Positions 26,562 through 39,786 of a DNA stretch of 64,000 bases are shown here, in pieces. Location: positions 4,588,001 to 4,652,000 of the forward strand of contig NC_089429.1 of the NCBI RefSeq assembly GCF_026210795.1, given 5' to 3'. This stretch comes from Rhizophagus irregularis. Taxonomy: Eukaryota. The notes under the pieces were generated by a model, which had not been told where the DNA came from, made no database searches, and was given only the letters and a program-made list of their open reading frames with translations. The first letter of the stretch is position 1. Every line of letters begins with the position of its first letter. Position numbers and translations under genes: made by a program.

Positions 26562-28001
26562 ATGACGAGAGGAAATTCATTAGAACAAGATTTAAGATTA
26601 TTAATAAATAATCCAAAATATAGTGACTTAGAAATTTTATGTGATGATGAAAAGAAATTATATGGTTGTAAAGCAATTTTAGCAGCAAGATCCGAAGTAT
26701 TTGAAAGAGAACTTTATAATGGGATGAAAGAAAGTTATGAAAATAAAATTTCTTTTCCAAAGATTAATTCTTCCGGAATGGAAATTGTATTAGAATATAT
26801 TTATACGGGTTCAATTAAAGAAGAATATTTAACGAAGGATAATATAATTGAAACTTTTTACGCTGCTGATTATTTTCAATTAACGGACCTTCAGGATTTT
26901 ATTATGAAAACTTTCAAAAATACGTTAAAAAAAAATTACAATGAAAATTACTCACCAGAGTTACTATCTGAACTTGCGGAAAAAATGCCATTAACAGAAA
27001 ATAATATTCTTTTAAATTTACTGATTGAAGAAGTAGCAACTATTCCGTTAAATACCATTGAATTTGGTCGATTGTCTATTGCGGGTCTTCAATATCTTCT
27101 AGTTTGTACATATGAAAAAGAAAGATCTTTTGCAACCCCAGAATATGAAGTTTTTCGATATAGTACTATACTTGCAGCAAAACAAGTTTCTGATGATGCA
27201 TATAAAACTCTTATTGAACGGTTACCAACCTTAGAACAAGTAAAACAAATAGAAAATTCAACGCAAGTAGAAAATAAATTTATTATTGATCATCAAAAAG
27301 TTGCTAAAGAATTGGAGCCTTTGGTTGAATTTATTGATTTTAGACGAATTAAAGGCCAAGTATTAATTAATATCATCGAGCCACTAGAAATTGTTCCAGC
27401 TAGAATAATTTTAAATGTTTATCGACATTATACAAAATCGAATAATTCTAATTTAAATGATATTCGAGGAATACCCATCTTACCAAAGTATAGTATTAAT
27501 GAATCTGATTATGTTTGGGATGAATCAGCATGTGGATCAAAACTTATTATTGAGGATAATGGAAAAATTGTACATGCACCAAATGATTGTACTTCACACC
27601 AAAATGTTAGAGCTAAAATAACATTTGAAAATAATGATACATTTGAATGGGATGTTGTTTTTGAGAAAGTGAGTTTTGCATCTTGGGTTGGAGTATGTTC
27701 ATCAGAAAATTTTAATTATGAAGGTTTTGCAGGGGATCAACCTAATGGATGGGTATTGGGTTCTAGTGGTTATTGTTGTAACTCTAGAAATTATATAAAT
27801 AATTATTGTCAACCATTCGGAGATGGTACAAAAGTTACAGTTCACTTAGATATGAATAAAAGAACTTGCGCTTTTACAGTCAATGGTACAAAGTATCCAG
27901 AAGTATCGGCATGGAATAATTTACCATCAAAACTTTATCCAGTAGCATCTTTATTTTATCCTGGTCGGTTACGAATTCAACCTCATAAAGAAAATATTTA
28001 A
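26562..28001 (+). CDS. BTB/POZ-BACK-SPRY(B30.2) protein, 479 aa
   Basis: BTB motif YSDLEI...ILAARSEVF...GMKES...LEYIYTG...AADYFQL; SPRY motif WVGV...FGDGTKVTVHLDMNKRTCAFTVNG...LYPVASL. Confidence 0.93.
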   Translation: MTRGNSLEQDLRLLINNPKYSDLEILCDDEKKLYGCKAILAARSEVFERELYNGMKESYENKISFPKINSSGMEIVLEYIYTGSIKEEYLTKDNIIETFYAADYFQLTDLQDFIMKTFKNTLKKNYNENYSPELLSELAEKMPLTENNILLNLLIEEVATIPLNTIEFGRLSIAGLQYLLVCTYEKERSFATPEYEVFRYSTILAAKQVSDDAYKTLIERLPTLEQVKQIENSTQVENKFIIDHQKVAKELEPLVEFIDFRRIKGQVLINIIEPLEIVPARIILNVYRHYTKSNNSNLNDIRGIPILPKYSINESDYVWDESACGSKLIIEDNGKIVHAPNDCTSHQNVRAKITFENNDTFEWDVVFEKVSFASWVGVCSSENFNYEGFAGDQPNGWVLGSSGYCCNSRNYINNYCQPFGDGTKVTVHLDMNKRTCAFTVNGTKYPEVSAWNNLPSKLYPVASLFYPGRLRIQPHKENI

Positions 28002-28424
28002 TTGCAGAAACTTTAGAATAGCAAATTTCGTTTCATTATTTTTTATAACTAAAAAATGATAGCGCGTGAATTTAAAAGAAAATCTTAGAAGTGATATTTC
28101 GTTGATATTTAAATAAATAAAGTTATTTATTGTTATTTATCAATTATTTGAGCGTTGCAAGTCCAATAACTTGTATAGTTAATAGCTTGATTAAGATTAT
28201 TATTCTTTAAAACAAATGTTTTTGATGTAAAATAAATATGAGATCATATTATCTTATTTTTATTCTACAGCCAAATAGGATCATGCTTTTTTCATCATGC
28301 TGATATTTTTTTATTAAGCTATAAATAAACTACCATTGCATAATTATTATTGATATTTTTGACGTTGATTAATCAATAGTTTATTGTATTTATAAGATGA
28401 TCATTGGCGGCTGCAGAATAACAC

Positions 28425-28504
28425 AGTTATTTGATAGGGGTGTTAAAATATCATCCGAACTGCTTCGCAGTTCGGTGATATTCTAACCCCCCTATCAAAT
28501 AACT
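28425..28504. repeat. 80-bp near-perfect palindrome (mini-MITE)
   Basis: agttatttgatagggg...ccgaactgc-ttc-gcagttcgg...cccctatcaaataact. Confidence 0.85.
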
Positions 28505-28948
28505 AATATATATCCTATACCGAATAATTACCATAATATTGAAAAATTTTCTTATGATGTAGATTTGTCACCAGGCGAGTATAAAATAAAATTTAAAAAA
28601 AAGATCAAAATCATCGTTAAATATAATACTGATCAATTTTTATATTTTACGCACGCATAAATTTTCAGAATTTTATATTTAAAATTTACAACATTTAGGC
28701 ATCCAAAAATCTTTGTTTGCTATTTCACTTTTCAATTGTAATACTGTAAATATATAATAATAATATATATATATGTATATAAAGCAAAAAGAATCTATTT
28801 CATAAAAGTCACTGAGCGTAGGGCGATATTTGCGATGAAGGGTGCAATATTAATTTTAGGTTTTTCAATAATAAGAGGATTGCATCAGTGAAATCCATAT
28901 TTCATGTATTATCATAAGAACGCAACTTTCCGAAGTGGTCTACCCATA

Positions 28949-29353
28949 TACGGATTGGAATCGATTTCCATAATTTGAATCGATTTTAGAATAAGCTAAT
29001 CGCGATTGATCGTTTCTCAAATTTCGATTTCGATTAATCGTTTCCGCATCATTAAATTTGTGGCAGGAAAATTTCCAATGATCACAAATTTAACATATAA
29101 ATCATTTAATTATTGAATTTTATGATTTTGCATTTAAAATAAAACGTTTATTGCACGAATAATCAATGATCGGTGGTAACTCTGGCCAAGCTTATAATTC
29201 CGGCCAGAATTAAACTTCAATTCAATCATATGTCACGCGATTTATAAGTTCGTAATTCGGGCCGGCACTAGAGTTTCGATTTTTTATTCGATAATCGATT
29301 CCTGATCGGATTTTCGATTAATTCGATTTTGGCAGAATCGATTCCAATCCCTA
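28949..29353. mobile_element. hAT-like MITE
   Basis: TIR ta(c/g)ggattggaatcgatt at both ends, with subterminal tcgatt repeats. A related end 'aatcgattccaatcactg' lies at about 21555-21570. TSD not evident. Confidence 0.7.
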
Positions 29354-30969
29354 CATGATGCAACCTGCTAGATTCCCACAACGACGGAAACCCGCTATAC
29401 ATCACTTTTTCGATAAGCTTTTAGCCTTTTCAGGTCTCATGCAACAGACATAAATCGTTTCTTCCGAAAGGCATTTTATTTGCCCATGAATTTATCTGGC
29501 TATTAATATTTTGTTTTACACAGGAAATTACTGTGGGATATTTTTGCAGGATACGTTCTCTCATACTTATTGAGATATATAAAAAAGTCAGAACTCACAA
29601 ATGTAATTTGGAATTTGCCTTCCTGAATGATTAAAAAAAAACTACAGAAACTTAAATTTCTATATAACATTTATACTTGTATAGTATTTTGATATTTACT
29701 TTAAAACTAAGAGATTATTATTAGTCATAGATTAGCTTCTATCTTTATCATAACTAGTCGTAATAGTTTAATCAAGAGTTTAATTTTTCGGCGATAATGT
29801 ATTTTGTCACAGAATCAAGAAAAAAATCATTATATAGGTCTTATTCCGATCATAATATTTCCCAGACAATAAATAGTCACAGCCTCAAAAGTACATTGCA
29901 TTGATCAACTAAATCTCTATTCTCATATACCTCCTTAGTTTCAATCTTCAATAACAATCTCTTTCTTTTGTATCTTTTAACATTAGAAACAGAATTATCG
30001 CCGATACCGCCTGAAACCATAATCATGATGTAATTATGTTAGATCCATATAAAAAATAAACAGGGTTCATTACGCCACATAATCGTTAAGCCAAGATTAA
30101 TGGTCGTTTTCCTGCTAACTGGTATTGCAATTTCGATATTAAAATATATGAAAAAAATATAATTCAAGCGACTGCATTAAAGTAATATGAAAATGCCATC
30201 ATACAAAGCGTATTCAAGATAACTGTCTACTGGTTATATTAGTTATATTATAATCTTTATTAATCCTGCCTTGTTACATTTTTTTTTTATTTTTCTGTAA
30301 TCGCTTCTCTGTGTCTTTAGTAATTTTATTATGGTGATTTCTAGAGGAAAAGTCATACGCGATGGAGTGGGATGATGTTTCTTTAAAGGAAATCCTCATG
30401 AGTCAAAGCAGGAGTCACATAACATTTTGGTGCAGAAATTAAATTTTGACAAAGAATTAAACCAAAAACCTGGAAAGCTTTAGCTTTTAAATATGAATTA
30501 GGTTAGTGTTTTGAGAGTACTAAAATATCTGCTCCAGTTATAAATATAATAGTAGTTGTTATCACACGTTCTCAGGAATGTGAAACATTAACAAGTAAGC
30601 GTCTAGTCATGTGAGCAACTTTGTGATGACATGGAATTTGCAGGAATTTATCGGGATCTGTGCAAATTTTACATTAGTAATACTGTACAAACCTCATAAA
30701 ATTCCACGTAACAGTTAAATAACCCCAGTCACATGTCTTACCGTGGGGGCGGAAACAAATTCGCTTAAGAAAAGTCAAAAAAGAAGGTGAATAGTATAAC
30801 GCTGTGTTTTGACACATATCACCATTTCACCCATTTAAGCGATTTCACGGTATTTAAAATCTTCAATTAGTAAGATAAACGAGGAAAAGCGAGCCATGTT
30901 AATATTTTAGAAGGTCGAAACCTTCCTTTTGAAGTGAATATAATGGTAGTGATTTCGTTTATACAATTT

Positions 30970-31492
30970 GAAAGGCTTTTCTTTTATATGTACGAAATAA
31001 AAGATGTTAAAGGCCTGAAATAGACAATCGACCAAATTCAATGGTATTTAATGGAATGTCCGAATGTCCGCTACCGCTTCAATATTATTTCCAAGTTTAG
31101 ATGACGAGTAATTTACATTGTAATTTTTTCTAACGTATTTTGAAAGATTTAATAAATTCCTGAAGGCTCGGTAATTGAAAATAACCGCAACGAACGTAAA
31201 AGCTTCAATTATATTATCCTATGTTAAAGATTCTTCTTTGGCTGATGATTGTTGAGCAATTGAGCATATTCTAATACAACCTCCATCTCAGAATTAATCT
31301 TGAAAAAGAAATTTGAATTTCGTAACTTTCCTTTATCCCATTATAAAGTAATCTATCAAATATTTCGGAACTTATTGCTAAAATTGCTCTACAACTGTAT
31401 AATTTCTCTTCATCTTCACATAAAATTTCTATATCGCTGTGGATTGTTTATTAAAAATCTAAATCTTGTTCTAATGAATGTCCTCTCGTCAT
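30970..31492 (-). pseudogene. Inverted, truncated BTB paralog (5' part)
   Basis: Minus strand reads ATGACGAGAGGACATTCATTAGAACAAGAT... through ...ATTGAATTTGGTCGATTGTCTATT with frameshifts. The family's intergenic motif is also present inverted at about 32335-32412. Confidence 0.85.
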
Positions 31493-34081
31493 ACTTTTTT
31501 TTTTCAAAAAAAAAATCTTTTTTTAGTAATTCCATGACAACGAACCACATCAGGAGTTTAAATAGGGTGTGAATTTGCAAAACTATACACGTATAAAAAT
31601 ACACGTTGAATCACACCACCTACGGGGTGCTGTAAATTTGCGAATATTACTTAATAATGGAAATTCTTGAATAACAAAAAATTCCGTATTTTTTAACAAA
31701 ATTATATCCCTAATATATCATAGCTCGCAAGTCGCAACCTAACCACTATACTATTTAACTTTTATTTTAATTTTACATATTATATTTATATTTATTCTAA
31801 TTTATATAATAAAAATTAGGGTTGAATTACATAAAATTGTGTATTTATACAATTTTTTAAGGTGTAAATTGCCGAAATTTTCTATTTATATAAAATACAT
31901 GTAATTTTTTTAAAATACAAAATACTAAGAATATTTTGACCAATATATTTATATGTAAATTACTCAAAATTGTGTATTTACTCAATTTTTTAAAGTGTAA
32001 ATTACTTAAAATACCCATTTATATGATTTCACGTAAACTTTTAAAAATGGAAAATTACCGAAACTATATTTTCATGTGTAAACTACATGAAATTGTGTAT
32101 TCCCACTTTTTTTTTAAATTGCAAAATACTGATAATACCTGTTTATGTGATTTTACATAAACTTTCAAGATGAACTATGTTTTAAGGTGTAGATTACACA
32201 TAATTGCGTATTTACACTCTTTTTTAAGGTGTAGACTTTCGGGTATTACACATATTTGATAAATCTACGCATGTAATCGCACAATTTAATCTCCTGATGG
32301 CACAGTATAGGATGTTTGCACATTTATTTTACTGTTACATCAAAAAACATTTGTTTTGAATAATAATCAGTTTATTAACAGGCAAACTCAATCAAGTTAT
32401 CAAACAAATTCTAATAATCCGCATCCCTAGAACTTTAGTAATTCAATTAGCAAAAATAAGGTTTGATCTAAAAATCACTACATTTTATTATTTTCAAAAT
32501 TTTCGATGATTATCTGACGAATAAACCCTACAAACCTGTATAACATTTATCTCGTGCGCGTTTTTCAAAAAGCTTAAAACAGATTCACGTATCTGTAAAT
32601 TCTTCATTTTATATATACTTAACTTTTTTTAACAATAATAATACTTTTGTTTAATATTTCTTTAATGAAATAAAGTATTTTTTAACGAAAACAATATTTT
32701 TTTTTAATATTTATTAATGAAATAAAGTACTTTTTAACGAAATATAATATTTTAAGAATTTTTTTAAATGATTTTTTTAAAAAGTATATATTTCTATTGG
32801 AAAAATATAATTATAATATTTTTTTTCACCGTATATTCAACACATTTCGTTTTTATATGGAACGTATATTTTAATAAATTTTATTAAAAAAAATGTCTTA
32901 TATTTTTTAAAAAAAGAAAGTATTATAAATAAATCAAACCACGAAAAAAAATGTTTGTGTATAACACATGACTTTTAAATTCAATAATGTTATTTCAATA
33001 ATGTTTATTTCCTACCAAATAATGAAATTATGTTGAAAAATGCGTTAATGAACAAATCTTTTGTTATTAGAATGTCTTGTAATTGCCACTTACAGTATTT
33101 CTTTATATTTGATATTTCAAATTATCGTTCAGCACAATAAGTACAATAAGTCCGATATTTTTATTAGGCGTAGTAATAATACATGATTGATATGTAAAGA
33201 GGTGTATACAAAGTTTTATATTCATATTGTTTACTTAAATGAAATTTTTATAGGAAAAGTTTAAGTAAAGTTATAAAGTGGATTAAAAAATGAAATTTAT
33301 AGAAAGTTAAATTGATAAAGCTTATTTATGTTATAATTAATGCATGGCCATCCCATACTAGATTGCCATCAAAGATCCAGGGACTTTTATTCTCAACTTT
33401 CTCGCATATTCTCAAAATTATTACATATATTATTTTAAAAGGACCCTTGATGATCTTAACATATGGATAGCGTTAAATTCTTTTATTGTTAAATTAAGGA
33501 GAGTCCATTGATCAGATTTTCATGATGCGATCATATTAATCCTGCAAATTATATAAAAAGGTGATGTCCTGGTTAGTGAACCCTTTTATCCGCCTTATGC
33601 AAGTAAAACGAAAAAATCAAGCAAAATAATAAAACTTACATCATCATTATTATTAATAAGGTATGTTGATTTTATTGCTCGGCTAGCTTCTTGAAAACGA
33701 TGCTAATCGACGGATTTTCCCTCCTCTATAGATGTTCCAATATAAAACGGGCATACTACCCTTATTAATTATTATATATCTGCATTTTGATCTCGCCGCT
33801 GACCATATTTATATTTGAGCTACGTAATTTTTGGTTTTATTTCTTTTGATACTTTGGTGATCGTGTATTCTGTTGCTAGTACTGTATTAATAAATTGAAT
33901 AAAAATTTTATTAATACTATAAAAAGTTGGATTTATTATCATAAAAGTAGAATGTATTATCATCACGCGTATAATAGGCGCGGTGAAATTATTCAATCTA
34001 ATCACATGCCTTAACATCACGCTCCTCAATAAATTTGGCGCAGTATATCTAACGACAATGAAAAATAAGCATTTTCACGTG

Positions 34082-35190
34082 TAGTGCTTCGATCCGGATG
34101 AAAACCGTCATCCGGGTTACATAAAAAAAGGACCCGGATTTTATCCGGATCAATCCGGATTCTAATCCGGGTCAAATAATCCGGATAGAAACCGGAATCC
34201 GGATTGGATTTACAACTGATCGGCAATAATTCTGGCCAGAATTCATAACGCCGGCCGGAATTACAACTTTGTGTGACATTAAAAATTTTCGTGCCACTAT
34301 GCATAGCCAATAAAAAATTTTTTACCCGGTGGCTAAACTATTTTTTCGGTGTCACGTGATATTAATTTCGGCCAGAATTACAAATTTGGAAAAGAAATTC
34401 ATTAGATCCTGATTTATTAGGAAAAATGATATTTTTAAAGTGTAATATGCAAACTATGGAATATATTAATGTATTTCCTCCAGACTTAGATGTGGAAAAA
34501 GAAGACTTTATAGAGGAATTTTTGCCTGAATTTGAATCAGAAGAATAGTAAAAATTAATTTTTTTATTTTGTATTTTTTTTTTAAATACTCTAACAATTT
34601 AGCAAAATTTTTTATTTTTTAAAATTTTTTTTTATCTTCATATTTGAATTGAAAAAGGTGTATTTTTTACATTTTTAAAGTTAATAAAATAAAGAACATT
34701 TAAATATATTTTACATTTAAAAAAAACTATTTTACAGTTCTTTTCTAATTAGTCAGAACTGTTTTCGCGCAATAACTCGCTATCCAGTGATCGTAAAAAA
34801 ATGATTAATGGATCATTAGAATCCACTCATAGAGAGCTTTCGAATGGTACCAAAATAACCTTTCTAGCATCAATAGATGGAGAGTTATTCATGTAAATAT
34901 TTTAAAAATTATCTCATCATCTATCGAAGCTAGAAAGCTCATTTTAGTACCATTCGAAAGCTCTCGATGCGACGATTCCAATGACCCATTAATCGTCTTT
35001 CTACGATTACTGGATGGCGATATATTGCGCGAATATAGTAAATATATATGAAAACTCATCCGGATTCCGGTTCAAACCGGATATTTTCCATCCGGATCAA
35101 AATCTGGGTCAAAATCCGGATATCCGGATAAAAAAAAATCCGGATTCATCCGGATTCATCCGGATGAGACAGAAACGGATCGAAGCACTA
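34082..35190 (+). mobile_element. Non-autonomous hAT transposon (internal-deletion derivative)
   Basis: 15-bp TIR tagtgcttcgatccg; 8-bp TSD ttcacgtg (34074-34081, 35191-35198); dense atccgg subterminal repeats; residual transposase C-terminus KRNSLDPDLLGKMIFLKCNM...EE* at 34390-34548. Confidence 0.93.
34764..35032. repeat. Long imperfect foldback inside the hAT element
   Basis: ttcgcgcaata...gagagctttcgaatggtacc...tagatg pairs with catcta...gtaccattcgaaagctctc...tattgcgcgaa. Confidence 0.85.
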
Positions 35191-35289
35191 TTCACGTGCC
35201 TAATTCTTGATGTTTGGCGCAGTATCGTACTGGCGATAAAAAATCGACATACCTTTATTATAACGCATTAAGCAACAAATTTCTAAGAG

Positions 35290-35725
35290 GTTGGTCAATG
35301 ATCACTTCTTCATCCGAATTCTCTTCGCCTGTTTCTTCTCTTTCATCTTCATCTTCGCTTCATTAAACTTTGCATCATTCTTTCATATTCGCTTTCAAGC
35401 TGTATACCATCATCGTCCACTTCATTTTCTATATTGTTAAATATAAGGCGGAGTGGAATATTGTGAAAATGAATCGTAGAGGTAAGCATGTAAGTACGAA
35501 TAGGAAATATTATATTAATTATTTTTTTACCTCAGTTGCTAATCCCTGAATTTATGCTGTAGAAACAAATTAGCAATAGATATTTTTCGTAAACGTGAGA
35601 GAGCGAAGAATAACTTGATGCTGGAACTCGCATTAAATGGTCTAGGACCCGCGTACTCCCTCCTCTTTGATAGCATCATGCATTTCATTCGCTACCTCTA
35701 TCATTTTATATTTATTTCATATCTA
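35290..35725 (-). pseudogene. Degenerate spliced gene remnant with acidic C-terminus
   Basis: Splice-like signals at about 35530, 35558 and 35723; broken acidic frame ENEVDDDGIQLESEYE.../EDEDEREETGEENSDEE. Confidence 0.3.
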
Positions 35726-36468
35726 AAAATTAAAAATTAATAAAGATTTCGCCCACTAGGGCTTATATTTTTTTAATTATATAATTTTGATTGGCAAAAA
35801 GTGTAAGACAAAAAGTTAATTCGTTAAAATCTTAAATGAAGTTAAGAATTAGATAACAAACGAAAATACTCCCTTTGAAATCATAAAACATTAGGGCAAG
35901 CCAAAAAAAAAGTGCAGTCAGTGTTGAAGCGTACCACCTGGTCGAGCGTACTCTTCGCAGACGGACTGTAATAACGTCCCGCTTATCCATGATGAATAAC
36001 CGTAGTTTTTTCCCGACCTTCAACTTAATACCTAGCAGACACTTGCGCAGGGATTATTTACATATTTAATATGAAAACGTCTGCAGAATACAAGCGAGTA
36101 ACCGTAGTTTTTTCTGCACGAGTAAACCAACTGCACTTTGAAGGAAAAGATTTTGTTATACGAAAATTTATTAGATCGAGAAATCGCGAAATTAATACTA
36201 GCCGTAGTGGTGGTACAAAATATCCCGCGTGATGGTTTGTCACATGGTCACGTGATGGCGCGGACGCGTTGTTTATACTTATCTCGGCGACGAATTTTTT
36301 TGTGGTCTGATCTTTATTTGTCACTTGCACTTGCATAAAATGTTACACCCTTTTTGCAGTGATACGATCACGTGCTATTTTCTTATACGATCCTTTTTAT
36401 GTATCTTTCTTGGACCATCAGATACTATTTTCTTGTACGATCAGATACGCAAAAATTACCTGTCAAAA

Positions 36469-38893
36469 GTACAGCCTTTATGGACGACACTACAATAATT
36501 AGTGATAGTAAAGATAAATTAGAAAAACTAATTAGTATGTGTCATAGCTTCTTCAAAATTAATAATATTCAAGCAAATATCCAGAAATATGAATTAATTA
36601 AAATTAATGCAAAAGAAAAAGAAGATTTGAATATTGAAGGAGTTAAAATTAAGAAAGTTAATGATGAGGAAGGTAATCGATATTTAGGTTTTTACTTTGA
36701 ATATAATAATAAAAGATCAATATATAAAAGGAAAATTAAAGAAATTGTTGATAAAGCTGCAAAGATAATGAGATTCAAGATGCTGACAGAAAAACAAGTG
36801 ACAGCGGTTTGGAACATGGTGGTTATATCTCAAATTGAATATCAGTTTTGTTATCTCGAGGTGAATGTGAAAAAATAATGTCGTCAATTTAAAAGTAAAG
36901 GTAAACTTGCCATCATCGTTACCAAATTATATAATGTATGACAAAGACTTAATTGGTTTAAAGAACATATATGATTTACAAAGTGAAATGTTAAGTAAGA
37001 ATATTATATATTACGCTAATAGTTGCAGCGAATTAAGTTTATTATTTGATATACAGATGAGAAACTTACAACTAAAATATTGGACAAGTTATTGCTTAGG
37101 CGAACATGGAGAAGTTTTGACGTTAGGGAATAATAGTTATTTAGGTGACGCCTTAAAAATATTAAAAGAAAATAATCTAACAATATGTGATCCCGAAATT
37201 GTGGATGGAAGAAATTACTCAATAAAAGGAGGCAATATTAAAATAGAAGACATATTTACGCCTTTAGAATATAAGAAATGGAAAACATCTTTGAAAAAAT
37301 AAAAATATATTGTTCTTAGAGTAATGCCTTGAAGTGTCAAAGAGAAAAATATTAAAGTGGAAACATTTATGCAAAGCTCAAGGGTCAAGTATCAAAGGAA
37401 AATCACCCAAGTGGTACGAGCGCTTAATTGAATTAACTACAGATAAAGATGGAAGTAGAAACTTATCACGTAAATATGTTAATATGAATAAAAATTGGTC
37501 ATGTAGAAAACAGATTAATTTATACGACGAAGAAAATGATATAGGAAAAAATCAATTAATTACCTGGAATGATATTAATAATGACATAGTTTTGGAAAAT
37601 ACAAAAAGAAATCCAAAAGTTAAAATTTTAAGAAAATTGGAGTACATTGGATAATAGAAAATATGTCTAACATGGATGATTCACCAAACTTGATTAAATG
37701 TTCGGGATGTGAAAAAAACATATCAAAGGGATCAAAGGCGATGCAACATAATAAATGTTGGATTTATTTAGACAATAATAGTGGCGCAAGGGTAATTAAT
37801 TATCGAAAACACAAAGACGCTCTAGATGTAGAGGTTATTAAACCATACGAATCAATAGATAATATTATTCATAATAAGAAATTAGAAAAAGATTTATGTG
37901 GATGATACGTCGCTTTATAATAGAAATGTAGAATTTATTGATCAATTTGTAGATGGAGAAGTATCTGCTATCAACCGTTTAAAAGAAAAATGGCTTTCAT
38001 CGCAGAGGAAGACGTTTAACTTTATTCAAAAAGGAAGTTCATCAAATAAGAAATTTACAAATGGCGATGATAATGCTTTAAGGTCATACAAGATTAAAAA
38101 TCTGTTGAAAATTTTGCCAACTTATACAATTTTATTTGAAAGAAATTGTGGACATATATTGACTGATGTATGTTTAAGGTGTGAATCAGAGGTTGAGGAT
38201 TGGGAACATATATGGATATGTGATGACAATGATAAGTCGGAATATGAAATTCTATTGGATACATTAATTACGACTGAAGAGAAATTGAAGGATTTGGATA
38301 AAGAAAAATATAAAAGCGTTAGAATTCTAGCGAAAGAAATGGTAAATTTTTTAAATACTCCATCCAATATATTAATAATAGGAAATCAATTACGAATTAG
38401 AGAGTTAACTAGAGGAATTTTTAACAATGAGTTATATAAACTTTGTAATTCAAAACAAGAACGACAATTGTTAGAAGAAATTTGGGAAAATTGTTATTTA
38501 AATATACGTTCAGGTATATGGTTACAAAGGTGTGAAAAAGCTAACGAAATTGATAAAAGGAAAGGCGTCACTAAAAATGACAAGAAACGTAAACGCTTAA
38601 CTAGTGGAATAGATGAGGTTGAGACTAACACTTTAGACGAAGAGCGTGGGAAAAATAACAACAATAATCATAAAAAAAAATCAACAAAATGTTAAAAAAA
38701 TTAAAAAAGAAATTATAATAGAAAATATAGTTAGTAATGGTAATAGGCCAAACATGATGTCATAGACCAGACCTATATAATTTATAATGTCTAGTTTAAA
38801 TTGTTTAGTATTTTATACTATGATTTGCTTCTTCTAGCTTATAAATTGTATTACGCAATAAATAAATAAATAATGCATATTACTAACAAAAAA
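36469..38893 (+). mobile_element. 5'-truncated, frameshifted non-LTR retrotransposon (LINE)
   Basis: RT motif AFMDDT and RYLG; C-terminal CCHC knuckle CLRCESEVEDWEHIWIC; poly(A) at about 38888; TSD aaaaattacctgtcaaaa at 36451-36468 and 38894-38911; ORF broken into 5 pieces. Confidence 0.92.
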
Positions 38894-39059
38894 AAAAATT
38901 ACCTGTCAAAATACGCGATAATTGATGATGTGATAAACAAAAAGAAATATTTTATTTTTTATCATATTTATACAAAAATAGCGTTCTACAATATTAATAA
39001 AATTAAAATAATTACAAAGATAGCCAATAAATAAGATAAGTACATTAATTAGGTAATAA

Positions 39060-39460
39060 ATAATAAATTACCATCGCATAAAACTAAATATTAGAAATAA
39101 AGTTAGTAGGGAACGGAAATTACATGTAATAAATAAACGAAAACAAAAAAATAAAAAAACATACCTTAGTAGTTGCAGAGAAGAACCGAAAGACCTAAAA
39201 AGAATGAAAGAAACGAAATATAAGAATGAAATAAAAATAAGAAGAAACGCCCATGTAGCGTTGGATATACCTTAATTGCAAACCCGAAAGAGCCAAAGGA
39301 CCTAAAAACGAAATAAAGTTAGTAGGAAACAAAATGCAAGAAGCAAAAATGAAAAAAAAGAAAGAAAACGTACCTTGAGTGCCGTGCAAAGGAGTGAAAG
39401 GACCTAAAGAAAAAAAGATTATCAGAGTACGTTTAAAAAAAATAAACAAACATAAGCCCA
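39060..39460 (-). repeat. Second micro-exon/intron array
   Basis: Segments 39403-39374, 39301-39271 and 39194-39165 (30, 31 and 30 nt), each flanked by TTTAG and GTA, with about 105-bp period. Confidence 0.6.
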
Positions 39461-39541
39461 TTAATTAGCCAATAAAATTTAATAGGGTGCTATCACCGGG
39501 TAAATTATTATGGTTAAATCACCCAAGGTGAAAAATTGTTA

Positions 39542-39786
39542 GGCCGGGCAAAAAAATTTTTAGATTCACGTGACATAAAATTTTAAAAATAACCCGGCCG
39601 GCCGGCATTTTTTTTTTATATATCAGATATGTAAAAATTTTTTCATATGTAAAATTTTTTTACGCACATTGGCCAAAAACTTAAAATCACATGATAAAAA
39701 TTTTTTACTATAAAAAAAAAATTTCCATTTTTCGAAAAACTGACCCGGCCGGGTCACGAGAATCTAAATTTTTTTTTTGCCCGGCC
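39542..39786. mobile_element. PIF/Harbinger (Tourist-like) MITE nested in a hAT-like end
   Basis: TIR ggccgggcaaaaaaa...tagattc(a/t)cgtgac; TTA TSD at 39539-39541 and 39787-39789. Host fragment starts tagggtgctatcacc (39483) with tcacc..ggtga repeats on both sides. Confidence 0.88.

Noticed and set aside
31560..32290. TE with internal gtgtaaatt repeats
   Set aside because: Repetitive, but no TIR pair or TSD could be established.
34026..35271. ORFs 34026..34310 and 35014..35271
   Set aside because: They arise from atccgg subterminal repeats of the hAT element.
36372..36468. N-terminus of ORF 36372..36878 as part of the RT
   Set aside because: It lies outside the LINE (flank plus TSD) and is a chance in-frame extension.
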